In this document: positions 1 to 12,702 of the stretch, piece by piece
How positions within the stretch are numbered: the first letter of the stretch is position 1
How the letters are laid out: each line of letters begins with the position of its first letter
Source: Octopus vulgaris
Lineage: Eukaryota
DNA: 64,000 bases
Assembly: GCA_951406725.2 (NCBI GenBank)
Contig: OX597815.1
Location: 135,656,001 to 135,720,000, forward strand
Reading direction: 5' to 3'
Translations under genes and position numbers: made by a program
The notes under the pieces: generated by a model
What the model was told of the DNA's origin: nothing
What the model saw: only the letters and a program-made list of their open reading frames with translations
Database searches by the model: none

Positions 1-949
1 GATTCTCCAAATCCAATCTATTACTAGCATAAGGAAAATTTGAAAGACATTCCAGAGGCACTCCATCTAAGATTCCTATGTAAATATATGCTCACACCTT
101 GGTGCATGCATCAACTGTTCAACCAACACACCAACTCATTCAACACACCAACTCATTCAACACACCAACTCAACGACATATTTACAAACACTGGGAACTC
201 TCTTAACTCAAAAAGTCTTGTCGCTTTGTTAGCGACCAGCTTGAACTCTTTCAAGAGCTTAAATCATACATACAAGAATGCATGACTGAATTCATAGTTG
301 AAGTCAGAAATTAACCTCAGAGAGCAGACATCCGAAAAGCGCACTGTAAGGACTTGATCTGATGTTCTCAAGTTGCAATCAAGATGGCGACTTGGCAGAG
401 TCGCCATCTCGATTGTGGTATATTCACGTATAGACTATTTATAATTAACTTAAATAAACATATGACTGTAGAATCTTCAAAATATCTGCAATAATATTTG
501 CTCAATACAATAATTCGTAATGTTTACAATAAATTAAATCGTTTATTAAAATCTTTTGAAGAAAATTAAAGCTGCGATACATAACGCATATGTATATATT
601 AACATAAGTTCAATGATTTACATACCTAAGATATGTTTCTAATTACAAAAATATACACTTTATAATAAGTGAAACACTTTTAGTATTAAACATTGAGTCC
701 AGTTTACGTTATAAATACATTTAAGGAAGATTTATAAAAAAATCAATAAGATAATTATTTACTGTAAGATAATGCCCAAAATTCACCATGCATTACTTTC
801 TGTGTCATAGTTGTGTCCCCTTCTTTATTAACTAGTTCGCTTTTGCGCTTCAATCATTTTGAGGATTTGTGTGTGTGTGTGTGTACATGGGTATAGCTTT
901 GTCTAAAAACTGGAAAGCCTGAGATAAATATTTAGCTGTCAAAATTCGT

Positions 950-2260
950 GATGTTTGTGCACCTCACTCTTCAGCTTCAGCACAGCGCTGTTCCATACCT
1001 GCGAAATCCTCGTTAGGCATTTTTTACCCCCTAAGATTCAAGTAACTCCACTAAATCTTAATATATTTCATTATATTCAGCCTAGTGTATCATCTCAGCA
1101 ATCTTCTGATGAGCTTTCTCTATTGACTTTTCATTACCTGGAAATCTGCAAAGCAGTTTGGATAAATTTTACTTTGGATACGATTCACTATGATTGTTTT
1201 CACTCATCGTTATGCCCCTATCAAATTTCCAGTAGCATTCATGATATAGCACCACGCTTAAATTCTTTTATAGTTGGTTTAATTTCGCCATGTAAGACCT
1301 CAAACAATTGTTTAAAGGTGTGCTTGTAAGTAGTAGGCTTTGAAGAATCTCCCAGCCCATAGATGAATCAGAAAAGCTATTTAAAAGTTATCTGTGTAGT
1401 TATCCTGTTATATGAGTAAACCGGAGCACTGACACAAAGAAGCAAATCCTTATTTTCAAGTTACGTAGTCTGGCAACATTCTTTGACAGCTGAGCAGAAA
1501 CATGATATAAACCAATCTTAGAACTAAATTATAGTAGGCCACTCCTTTTCATTTGATTTCCTTATTACACGAAGATGCGATTCAGAATATATTTTCAAAT
1601 CTACTGGTATCCCAGAATGATAAGCAGTGAGAACTCGAAGTATTTCCATCAAGTATGAGAGTCGTAATATTTTTGGCAGCCTGCAGTAAGTACGTTGTGG
1701 CTTTCACTTCCAAAACAAGTTTGTCTGCATTAAAATTTTGCTGTGGTGTGTATCATTTGAGAATGATATACACAACTTTTCAGCAAAGCTGGGAACAGCT
1801 GCATTCTTTGTCGACGCTTGCAGACACTTCTGTTATCTGTATGTGATGCAATTTTGAGCGATTCTCGAAACACACAAACTGATCACAACTTGCTACGAAA
1901 CACTTGAACCCTGTGTTTTGTTTAGGTTATTTAGTATAGTTAAAGCTCTTTCATTTGTATAGCATGTAGCTAACATAAAGAGTAACACCGGTATATGTTA
2001 TCTATCCAGATATTTAAAAGCTTTTCTATATTTTCCATTATGCTAGTTATATTCTCAGCTAATTTTGAAGTAGCTGAAGACATTACATTTTGAGCAAAAC
2101 TTTCATTTTTTTCGTCATTCTTGTGAATTTTTCGTACTGTTTTTGGCTGCAGATCAAGAGATCTTCTGGTAGCCTATGTACTGACCAACGTCAAATCTCC
2201 ATAAAACTTCTAATTTTCGAATTTTACATTATCTCTTTCTTTATGTTCACATACAGGAAG
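950..2260 (-). mobile_element. Decayed Tigger/pogo-family DNA transposase remnant
   Basis: Manual minus-strand translation across stops and frameshifts gives motifs in the expected order: RKLEVLWRFDVGQ (HTH, ~2220-2180), FVAS..F..FENRSKLHHIQITEVSASVDKE (~1900-1805), YTPQQNFNADK-LFWK*KPQRTY (~1752-1688; Tigger FNADETGLFWKxxPxRTY), AAKNITTLILDGNTS (~1680-1635), IMNATGNLIGA*R*VK (~1245-1195). Confidence 0.8.
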
Positions 2261-3175
2261 ACAGCAGTAATGCGTAGTCCATGTTTAGACAACATTACTA
2301 TAGGGACAAATCAAGAAATAAATATTTACAAAGCAAAAAATTGTAAGTGCGCGTTTCCCCATTACTTGCTTCAAAAGTGATAACAAAAATTGGTTAGATT
2401 TGAATCTGGCGAACTTCGTAATATTTCGCCGTTCAATTGTTTTGATTCAATCTTTACATTTGATCTCTCTTGGTTTATTTATTTACCTACCCCAACTGAA
2501 AGAATGATATTTTGATATCTTGCCCTAATGGCCAGTAGAAAGGTAAATTATTATTGGAAAATCGCAAAAGAAACATTCTGCACGCATTACGTCTAACTTT
2601 GTTTTAATATGTATTTAAAAACAAAAAACAAAGTAACAATTTCATGCTTTAGTTTTCAGTGTCTATTTTTATAGTTTAGATATTGTCGTACCTTGAAAGA
2701 ATTATATCTCTATGAAGTAGAAGTTAAGCGTATAATGATTGTATCTTAGGTGATGTGTGTGAAATATTAAAAAAAATATTAATATCATATTCCATCCTTC
2801 CATCATTATTTTCGTTGAGAAATATGATTAAAATAGTGGCTCTCAGTGTTGAATTACGCCGTTATCTTTGAGTGTCGACATTGAAAGGCCTATATTCTGG
2901 GTGTACTACGTGAGCACCACCCACTCACCAAAGATGGTTAATTTCCAATAAATATTAATCTCAATACTATAATCATGGATTATGGTGGGAAATTTACTTT
3001 GGTGTCCCCTGTTACGAAATATTGTGAAAGATGTTGGTTTGCAGTACATCACTACATAACTAGTGTATCAGGATATATACTGGATACATAGTATAGTGAT
3101 GGGAATGTGATACATATAAACACTAAAGGGTAGTAACATTGCACTATCATACATACTATTATCCTTTTATACACT

Positions 3176-3371
3176 AAGGCGGTGAGTTGGCGAACAAGAT
3201 GCTTAGTGGCATATCCTTTGGTTTTAGCTTCTGAGTTCAAATTCTACTGAGGTCGTCTTTGCCTTTCATCCTTCCAGGGTCGATAAAATAAGTGCCGGTC
3301 GAGCACTGGGGTCGATGTAATCGACTAGCCTTCTCCCAACAATTTTCAGGCCTTATGTTTACAGCAGAAAG
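3176..3371 (+). mobile_element. SINE family A (aaggcggcgagctggcagaa head), with target-site duplication
   Basis: Head aaggcggtgagttggc, B-box-like gagttcaaatt and body gcctttcatccttccagggtcgataaaataagt are shared with more than 10 copies in the window. It is flanked by tattat(c/t)cttttatacact at 3157-3175 and 3372-3390. Confidence 0.85.
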
Positions 3372-4038
3372 TATTATTCTTTTATACACTCCCACCTAAG
3401 AAATATACACCTTTTCTTCCAGTTCTCTGCATCTCCTAACTTGCTGAAGATGCTAATGATTTTGAACAAGTACCTCTTCAACAGCAATCACTAACTTGTT
3501 AAAGTTGGTAAAATAAAATACATGTTTCTGCTAAGTGTTACCTTCTCGATTCACCTTACATATCAATGTAAAATTGTGGTCTGGAATAAATCATACCAAT
3601 AAAGTTATTTGGGCGACGTTCAGGTGACAGGAGGACCGTCTTGATTAGCTTACTGTTCGTATTCCTTCATCACTCTTCCTCTCCAATTCTTTCTATCTAT
3701 ATTCAGCCTGTTATATATACGACTTGCTTTTTCTTATTCATTTTTTCCACTTCGCTCTATAAAACTATCTTTCGAGTGTGAAGTTGTGTGCATATATTCG
3801 CTGGAATTTTATAAACTAAATCTGATTTTCTTTATGATATTTCTGTTCTAGCATTTATTTGCTTCGAAACCTAACAATACACGCTCAGAAATATTTTAAG
3901 TCAGGTCGAAGTAAACTAAAGTTTGTATATTTATTTTTCAGTAATCATTAAGTCAGATTTGTAGTTTCGGCACAATTATGCAGCGAAACTGGCACAATGC
4001 TCAGTGCACTCATCGTAGCACAACATTTGTTGCCCTGC

Positions 4039-4471
4039 AAGGCGGCAAGCTGGCAGTAGAAGGCGGTGAGCATGCAGAAACGTTAGCACACCAGGCGAAA
4101 TGCTCATCGGTATTTCGTCTGCCGTTACGTTCTGAGTTCAAATTCCGCCGAGGTTGATTTTGCCTTTCATCCTTTCGGGGTCGATTAAATAAGTACCAGT
4201 TACGCACTGGGGTCGATATAATCGACTTAATCCATTTGTCTGTCCTTGTTTGTCCTCTCTGTGTTTAGCCCATTGTGGGTAGTAAAAGAAATTGGCATTT
4301 CGTCTACCGTTACGTTCTGAGTTCAAATTCCGCCGTGGTTGACTTTGCCTTTCATCCTTTCAGGGTCGGTAAGTACCATTACCCACTGGGGTTGATATAA
4401 TCGACTTAATCCCTTTGTCTGTCCTTGTTTGTCCCCTTCATGTTTAGCCCCTTGTAGGCAATAAAGAAATA
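4039..4471 (+). mobile_element. SINE family A copy with tandemly duplicated 3' module and TSD
   Basis: The ~185-bp module occurs twice (about 4108-4292 and 4293-4471). The flanking direct repeat tttgttgccctgcaa lies at 4026-4040 and 4476-4490. Confidence 0.9.
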
Positions 4472-4837
4472 AACTTTTGTTGCCCTGCAAATATCATTGA
4501 TAGTGATTAGGCACTTTTCAGCCTTGTATTTTACATCATAACTTTAAGGGGAAAGTAATTATCTAAAGGAATCTATTTACTACCATAAAATTAGATCTAA
4601 AATTATCTAACTGTTAGTATGTCTAAATATACATATGAGCGCATATGTGTTCAAGACAACGATTCGGCCGAACCGTTAGAGCATCGATGGAATTCCATAC
4701 GCTATTTGTTTAGGCACTGAGTCCTAAATCAAAAACTCGTCGAGGTTTAATATTTCTAAATTTTTCAGACCTCTTGGTTTAGAGAGCAGCCTATGAGTTT
4801 AGGACTTGAATTAGAATTTTAAAATGATTTTGGCTTC

Positions 4838-5114
4838 CGATATGCACTCCATTGACAGATGTTGAATATAACACCATTGGAACCCAGCCAGTCAGCCACT
4901 GCAACTGCTACCCCACCAGCATACCACCCATCAGAACGTCGAAACCAGTTGTAGGTGTAACCTTCGGGTGAGATGTCACCCTCCCTGGCTGATATACCTC
5001 TGATAGGGCTGCCATAGCAATTCGCAAACAACCGAGTTCCAAAGACATCAGTGAAAGACGGGAATGAACCTTCAGAAGGTCTCCACCCGAATAGGCTTCA
5101 GGTGGGCCGGGAAG
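4838..5114 (-). mobile_element. RTE-clade LINE, N-terminal AP-endonuclease fragment (inverted relative to the adjacent RT)
   Basis: Minus translation LKPIRV...LSLMSLELGCLRIAMAALSEV..PG..DISPEGYTYNWFRRSDGWYAGGVAVAVADWL matches RTE APE motifs AALSEVR and GYTYYWSG..GVAVA. Confidence 0.75.
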
Positions 5115-6180
5115 TGCTTTTCAGGATTCTGAAACTGCGAATCATTCCTCCTCAATTGAATGGGCTCATGATGGCACTGTACACTGGAACAGTCACTGTT
5201 GTTTGGGTTGGGGGCTCAACATTTGACCTAATCCCAGTTAAATCTGGGGTCCATCAGGGTTGTGTCTTGGCTCCCACTTTGTTCAATGCCTGCATGGATT
5301 GGATACTTAGTCGAATGGTTGCTCGATCGAGTTGTAGTGCACTCATTAGTGAAACTAGGATTACAGACCTATATTTTTGCTGATGACGCAGTTATTCTTG
5401 CCGAGTCTCTAAATGGCTTAAGAAGCGCAATACTGTCACTAAAGGAGGAAGCTAAACCACTTGATCTCAGAGTCTCTTGGGTCAAGATAAAATTCCAGTC
5501 CTTCGTTGGCTTCTTGGTTGACTCCATCGCGTCTGTCTCTGATGCCGGTGAGAATGTCAAAGTTGCTGACAGCATCACCTATCTTGGTAGTGAGATTCAT
5601 AGCGGCATCAGCCGCGAGTGAAAAGTCCTAAAATGCCTTGGATGAGCCAGTGCAGTTGTGGATTCGTTGGACAAGGTTGTTTTGCGATGCCGATATCTGT
5701 GCAGGAGGACAAAAGTTCGGGTTTTCAGGTCTCTGATCCTCCTGGTCCTGCTCTATAGTTGTGAGACTTGGACACTGTCCAGGGCCCTTAGGAACCACCA
5801 GAACCGCTTTGGCACCAGAACGCTACGCAGGATTATGGGTTACTTTCGGTCAGATTTTGTATACGACCAACGACTCAACTCAGAAACTGGGTTGCGTCCT
5901 GTTACCTGTATGATTCGGGAGCACCAGCTCAGACCATATGAGCATGATGCTCGAATATCCGAGTTAGACCCTGCTTACCATGTTCTTTTGACAGAGGATC
6001 CAGCTGGGTAGACATCTCGTGTTGGTCGACCACCTGCCACATGGTTACGGCATTTGAAGAGGTATCTCGTAGAAATGGTGACTGACTGGGACTCTGCTTC
6101 TCGGGTCGCTTGAGAATATACCGAGAAATGGTGCATTCAGTAACGCGCTGCAACGGCGAATCTTCTCACACCTGATCTGA
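5115..6180 (+). mobile_element. RTE-clade LINE, RT domain to 3' end, frameshifted
   Basis: ORFs 5051-6011 contain SGVHQGCVLAPTLFN, FADD, TYLGS, TKVRVF.SL...VLLYSCETWTL and LRRIMGY. It ends in a short cctgatctga repeat tail. Confidence 0.9.
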
Positions 6181-6199
6181 TATGCTCTCTGCTCCGTCA

Positions 6200-7735
6200 T
6201 TTCAATAAAGATTGAGAATATGGTCACTTTTGATTATTTTCGTATTTATGTTAACGCCGTTGCTATATGATTGCACCTTGCAGTTTCTTTCTAATGAGTT
6301 CGTGATTAATTGAGCAGTATTTTTCCATGTGTATTTGTTGTAATCTGAGAAGAGAAATCTTTCCTCTGCCTCGCACAAATATTTCAACAAACACCTCAGC
6401 TTAGCGTGGGAGGAATCTGTATCTGTAGCTATAATAGCAACAAAATATTTTCAAATCCCCTTTCAGCAAAATCTGTTGCTTTACAAAGTTAAAACATTGT
6501 GAGAAACTAATCCTGTGACCCGGGGGATAAGTACTGAATTTGAAGGTGTTCGTCATCTTTTGGTTTCCTACCCGCAGCTTTGAGAAGTTTCCTTATTATG
6601 GGTCTTCGATTCGAAGTGCTGACTTACGAAACGCTAAAGCACGTTTCTCTACAGAAAAAAAAAACAAAAAAACAGAAAAATCATACGCATCAAACAATGC
6701 GGCAGTTTACTGCTTCAAATCGGATCGTTACTTCTAATAAAGAGTTAACTCCTTCCCTGATGAAAGACGTCTTTGAAGCTCTCTCCAAGCTATGTAGCGT
6801 TTCTTGTGGTTATTGCCTCTTTTACCTTTGGAGACCCTAACACTAAGTTTTCACTACTCTACTCTGGGTGGCCAATTTTTAGTTGATGTTATTTCAGTAC
6901 TTGAAATTTTAGTACCACTAATATGATGAAAAAGTCAACATAGCAAACAATATAACGCTTCTTTTGCTTACAAAGACGCTAATCACTCTAGTGTGATGTT
7001 GTATCAGTCCCCTCATATGTCAAGATAGTTTCTAGAAAATTTCTTTGTATAAGTCCGCTAGGAATTATTTCTAGTAGTGAGATGTAGCCACTGGTAACTC
7101 TTCTATTTCTACTTGAGAAAGAAATTAATTTGTAATACATCCACTGCCAAGGCCAGCGAGTATGTTACCATTCATCCTGTCTGAATGCAACTGTTTGTAT
7201 AAATGTTTTTTTTTTCCAATCATTTTGCATTGCATTTGCTTTATAAAGGATTTTACCCGTTGTTTTATAGAACAAGAATTATCCATAAAAATAATGCTTT
7301 TTCTTTCAGGTTTAGCAGTAAGATATCTCATACATAAGCACAATGGTTTTGTAATCAGTTGATTCATCAGTTAGTAACAAGTATTTTGAAAACTCAGACA
7401 AGGCTTGCAAAATGACATCTTCGATAAGACTCCTGTATTTTACTCAATGTAATTTAACCTTTCTCAGTACACTCTCTTTACTGTTATCTGTTATTAGGTT
7501 TGATTTGGTACCTACCGATCGAAATCTGCAATAATATGCTCTGACTGCACTATATTGAATTGTAAATGTTTTACCTCAGTATTTTGGAGTACTAACTTTC
7601 ACAAACATGTTTGAACTTGTTCAATTATCAGACTTTTTTCTATACTTTGTTCAGATAGAGCGGATTTATATACGTGATTTTGTGCATAGTCACAATGCTT
7701 GCATACTGCACTATTATTTTTCCAAATAAGTCACA
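6200..7735 (-). mobile_element. Decayed hAT-superfamily transposase remnant
   Basis: Minus translation gives NNSAVCKHC (BED-finger-like, ~7720), VKLH*VKYRSLIEDVI...KYLLLTDESTD (~7465-7353; first catalytic D), then LCLCMRY and NILAGLGSG. The left boundary is uncertain, and 6490-6840 may be unrelated. Confidence 0.65.
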
Positions 7736-7740
7736 TCGAT

Positions 7741-8240
7741 CAAGCCGGAGGAAAAACTGCTAAGCATTTTATCCGTCGCGTAAACTATTCTGCCAATACT
7801 ACTAATAATAGTTTCAAGTTATAACATAACGCCAGCAATTTCGGGGGGGGGGAGGGAATAAATCGATTACATTGACCCCAAAGTTTAACTGGTACTCATT
7901 TTATCAACCTCGAAAAGACGAAAGGCAAAAGTTGACCTCGACATAATTTGAACTCAGGACGTAAAGAGCCGGAAGAAATGACGTTAAGCATTTTGTCCGC
8001 GGGGCTAAAGATTCTGTCAACCCCCTACTTTCATAGTAATAATATTTTTTTCTATTATAGGCACAAAGTCTGAAATCTGGGGGTGAAGCTAGTCGATTAT
8101 ATCAGCTTTAGAGCTCAACTGATACTTTACTTTTATCGGCTACAAAAAAGATGAGAGGCAAAGTTGACCTCAGTGGCATTTGAACTCTGAACGTAAAACC
8201 TGAACAAACGCAGAGCTTTTTGTCCGGCATGCTAAGATTA
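7741..8240 (-). mobile_element. Cluster of degenerate SINE family A copies in tandem
   Basis: Repeated reverse-complement motifs aaaggcaaaagttgacctc...tttgaactcag...taagcatttt at about 7920, 8155 and 7760. Confidence 0.75.
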
Positions 8241-8319
8241 GCAATGACAACAAACAACAATGCAGGTTTGAATAATTTCCACTGCTTTCAACTGTAAAAT
8301 TAGCTATTTGGGGGTTAAG

Positions 8320-8710
8320 TGTGGCAAATAAGAATATTAGGGGTTTGCTAATATTCTGTTGGCGCAGTTACCTCCCCTGACGGAGTAGCGTGTTACCTTG
8401 GAATTCTGGAACTTGTCTCTCTCTCCTTTTCTCTGCGGCTCACAGCGAGAAAGATGTGACTTCCTCAGTTCTTAATCTCACCTTGGAGAGATGCGCAACC
8501 ATGAGACAAGCAGCGGCATTAAGCCAATATGACTTGGATTCCACTGAAGATGAACATGTAAATATTTTATATAACTTATTCTACTAGCACATATCTGAGA
8601 CATCAAATAAAAGGCTTAAATCTACAGCTTGGTCCTGAGATGGTCAATACACGGTGTTCTTTCTTCGCGAAGTGATATCTTCTTTTCCAGTCTTCTGAGC
8701 AGAGCCTTCA
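8320..8710 (+). mobile_element. Possible solo LTR (TG...CA)
   Basis: Begins tgtggc and ends gccttca (short imperfect inverted ends), is about 390 bp, has AATAAA near 8607 and is locally higher in GC. No TSD match. Confidence 0.3.
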
Positions 8711-8717
8711 TTTATAT

Positions 8718-8800
8718 GGAATTTGAACTCAGAACGTAACGGCAGACGAAATACCGCTAAGCATTTCGCCCGGCGTGCTAACGTTTCTGCCAGCTCACCT
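8718..8800 (-). mobile_element. SINE family A 5' fragment
   Basis: ggaatttgaactcagaacgtaacggcagacgaaataccgctaagcatttcgcccggcgtgctaacgtttctgccagctc is the reverse complement of the family head. Confidence 0.85.
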
Positions 8801-8814
8801 CGATGACAACAATA

Positions 8815-10870
8815 ATATCTAATTATGTGTATAACTTCCTGGAAATGAATGACAAGCTGTCAGTGGAACAGAAGGGATGCAGGAGGAAAAGCCGAAGGAC
8901 AAAATATCAACTTCTGATATGCAGAAAGATGCTTAGCGACTGCATGAAAAGATATACTAACCTACCTGGGTTTGGCGTGGATCGATTATAATAAAGCATA
9001 TGACATGGTTCCTCATTCCTGGATTTTAGAAAGTCAGGTGTTCGTACAGGTCTCTGATAACATCTTAAATTTTATCAATGAAGAACTGGAATACAGAATT
9101 AACATCATGTGGACAATTAATATCATGTGGGCATCAAAAGAAGCATACTTCAGGGTGATAGCCTATTACCATTACTGTTTGTGTTTTGTATGATACCTCT
9201 CACACAGATACTACGGAAAGGGACATTGGGGTACACCTTGAAAAATGGAGAAAAATTATATCATCTGTTATATATGGATGACTTAAAAAATCTTCGTGAA
9301 GACCGAACGTGAAATAAATGGCCTGATCTCAGTGCAGATATTCAATAAGGATATTTAGATGGAATTTGGGACTAAAAAGTGTGGTATGCTTACTATACAA
9401 AAAGACAAAGTGGTGTCGTCTGTTGGTGTAGAACTATCCAACGTTGAGAAAATCAAGGATGTTGAGACTGATGGCTATAAGTATCTGGCTATCTTGGAGT
9501 ATAACAAAATCAAGGGGAATGAGATGAAGGAAAGCTTTAGACGAGAATATCTCAGAACCAAATTAACTATGGGAAGTAGACTCAATAGAAAGAACAAGAT
9601 TAGGGCAATAAACACATGGACTGTTTCCTCACTCCGATACAGCGCAGTCCGATACGGACAAAGAACGAGCCAGAGAAAATGGATAGAAGGACCAGGAGAG
9701 TGATGACAGTTAAGAAGGACCTGCCCGAAAAAGTGATATTGATTGATTGTTTGTGCCTAGGAACAAGGGAGGAAGAGGCCTCATAGGATGCAAGATCTAT
9801 GTTGCCAACGAGAAGAGCAGTCTGGGATGGTGCTTTAAACAGCAGAGTGAATCCTTGTTTGCTGCTGTTAGAAATTATAACACGATACCTACCGAAAATG
9901 TGAAGCACCCATAAACATTTAAGAAACAAAATGTAAAACAAAGAATAAACAAATGAAAAATGAAAACAATGCACACGTAATACATCAGAGAAATCGAAGA
10001 TAAAGACAAGACCAACAGCTGGAGATGGCTAGGAAAAAGTGATCTGAAAGGATGCACTGAGATACAGTGAACAAGGCTCGAGAACTAATTACCCCAAGTT
10101 CCAAATAGATAAGTGCAGTGAATCGCCCCTTTGTAAGATGAGTAGCAGCAAGAACGAAACAGTCTCACATATTATGAATGAATGTAGCAAGCTGGCCCAA
10201 AAGCACTACAAAAAGAGGCACGATAACGTGGCTAAGTTTATTCACTGGAGGCTATGTGAAATGAATGGTCTGATAAGATCACGTAAATGGTTCAAACATG
10301 AGCCAGACTGCGTCACTGAAAACAAGGAATACAAGATTCTGTGGGATTTTACAATCCATTGTGACTCCCTAATCAATGATCGGAGACTAGACATTGATCG
10401 GAGACTAGATAAGAGGCTAAACATTGTTGTGGTGGATAAAAGATAAAAGGAAACCAAGATATTGCTATAGTTGGGGATGCACGCGTAGATGACCAATAGC
10501 TGGAAAAGATGGAGAAATACAGACTGCTAAAAGATGAAATTGCAAGAATGTGGGCAATGAGGAGAGTAACTGTTATCCCAGTAGTTGTAGGGGCACTCGG
10601 AGCACTAACAACCAGGTTCGAGAAATATGTTGGAGAAATTGGAATTGACATGAGGGCAGAGAAGACCCCCACCCCTAAACTATTCTATTGGGGACAGCTA
10701 GGATTTTGAGATTGGTGTTTGGGTGTTGAATGTCTTCCATGATGTTAACATCCAGGTTCCAAAGCTTATAATTTGCAGAAAGAGACCCTGTGAGACCTCT
10801 GACAACAGGTTGCTGTCCGCTGCCACAGATTCAATCAGAGCAAGTAAGACCGAGAGCTCTGAGAAGTAAA
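8815..10870 (+). mobile_element. 5'-truncated R4/Dong-like non-LTR retrotransposon (RT + CCHC + restriction-like endonuclease), frameshifted
   Basis: Motifs in order: EQKGCRR, AWIDYNKAYDMVPHSWI, QGDSLLPLLF, HLLYMDDLK, YKYL, ETVSHIMNECSKLAQKHYKKRHDNVA, KILWDFTI, IVVVDK, EKYRLLKDEI, VIPVVVGALG. A ~130-bp 3' UTR runs into taaaataatgataa. Confidence 0.9.
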
Positions 10871-10879
10871 ATAATGATA

Positions 10880-11316
10880 ATATTACTTTCTACTAAGGGA
10901 CAAGGCCTGAGATTTTGGGGAAGGGTGCTAGTTGATTATATCGACCCCAGTGCATAACTGGCACTTATTTCATCGAGCTTGAAAGGATGAAAGGGACCTC
11001 GATGGAACTTGAACTCAGAACGTAAAGACGGACAAAATGCCGCAAAGCATTTTGCCCGACGTGTTAACGATTCTGCCACTTCACCGCCTTCATAATAATA
11101 ATAATCCTTTCTATTATGGGAACAAGGCCTGAAATTTTGGGGAAGCGGGGTGGTCGATTATATCGACCACAGTGCGTAACTGGTACTTGTTTCATCGACC
11201 TCGAAAAGATGAAAGCTAAAGTCGACCTCGGCGGAATTTGATCTCAGAATGTAAGCACGGATAAAATGCCACTAAGCATTTTCCCGGCGTGCTAACGATT
11301 CTATCAGCTCGCCGCC

Positions 11317-11318
<2 letters not shown>
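10880..11318 (-). mobile_element. Two tandem SINE family A copies
   Basis: Units at about 10880-11091 and 11105-11318, separated by (TAA)n. The second head abuts (TAA)n at 11318. Confidence 0.85.
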
Positions 11319-11364
<46 letters not shown>

Positions 11365-11401
11365 TGATGATGATGATGATAATAACGATAATTATAATAA
11401 T

Positions 11402-11932
11402 TGCCCTTATGCAGTACCAGGTTGTGGATTTCATGGCTTTTAATCTTAACTGATTGGATGTGTTATGTACATGTGTTCTCTTGGTGTAAAAGACGTGCTA
11501 CAGCAAATATTCTGCTCAGTATCACAGATTTGCTTGTCAGTTGCTTGACCTTAGCTAGTTTAGCATGTCCCTTAGTGGCTGACGATACGTCTATCTCTGC
11601 TGATGAGCAGAAGTCGTGGGTGGAGCATCATAGCCATGCATTGAAAAGAATTGTTTGAAGTTTCAATAATTCACCTCTGGAAAGATGGGCGGTTTGCTCA
11701 TCTTTAAAGGAGACCCTTTGAGTGGGATTGGCTACTCGACCTGAAGAAAATTCTAATTGGGCTCCACCTGCAAGGCTGTGTATCTCTATATGAGATCACC
11801 ATGTCGTGCTCATATGATTGTGATGTATGTACCTAGTGTACCCTTATCAGACGGGTAGTTATGGTGGGTATACTGGGCTTCGCATATTTATACCCAGTGT
11901 CACTTTGATGGTAATCGTTGCTCTCTCACTCA
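11402..11932 (+). mobile_element. ~555-bp non-coding TAA-flanked element, copy 1 (diverged)
   Basis: Homologous end to end with 35518-36077, 36520-37075 and 46490-47023. It starts tgccc(t/g)gatgcagtaccagg and ends ctctctcactca. The strand is arbitrary. Confidence 0.85.
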
Positions 11933-11959
11933 CTACAACTACTAATAATAATAATAACA

Positions 11960-12159
11960 ATTCCGGGAGAAGGGTAAGTCGATTCCATTGACCCCAGTAT
12001 TCAACTGGTACTTATTTTAACTCTGAAAGGATGAAAGGCAAAGTCGACCTTGGCAGAATTCGAACTCAGAACGTAAAGACAGATAAAATGCCGCTAAGTG
12101 CATTTTGTCCGGTGTGCTAACGATTGCCAGCACGCCGCATTACTGCCAGCACGCTGCCT

Positions 12160-12160
<1 letters not shown>
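11960..12160 (-). mobile_element. SINE family A copy followed by (CTA)n
   Basis: gaaaggatgaaaggcaaagtcgacc...gaactcagaacgtaaagac...gtgctaacg; (CTA)n at 12160-12212. Confidence 0.8.
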
Positions 12161-12212
<52 letters not shown>

Positions 12213-12702
12213 AATTTATTTTGGCAGATAGTTTTTCAGGGAATCGACTCCCCTATATAACTGGTACATTATTATCATTCTCAAAAGGATAAAAAGTTAA
12301 GTTGACCTCAGCAGGATCTGAAATAATAACAATAATAATACACGTAATCGCCCAAATTGTACTTGGACAATTAAACTGATGCCCATTCCTACTGAAATAC
12401 ACAAACAATAGAACATTAGTACATAATTAGTTAAAATTCTGTGTATATATTCTCAGGAATCAATTAACCAAACAATCTGTTAGGGTTTCCACGAAACACT
12501 AAGTTAGTGAAAGTATTATAAGCTCAGAGAACTAAACGATCAGTCAGTATGTCCTAGAATTTGAGACATAGTGAAAGTAGTATAGCGGCTAATTACGTTT
12601 GATGTTAGGAAACGGGACGGAGAAACAGTGAGATGATAGTGATAATTAGCTGGAGATTTGTCAGCAGCTTTTAGCCGTTCGAAAGGTGGTATAAAGACTT
12701 CG

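Noticed and set aside
955-1329. 124-aa plus-strand ORF as a gene
   Set aside because: It is antisense to the Tigger transposase remnant and has no recognisable domain.
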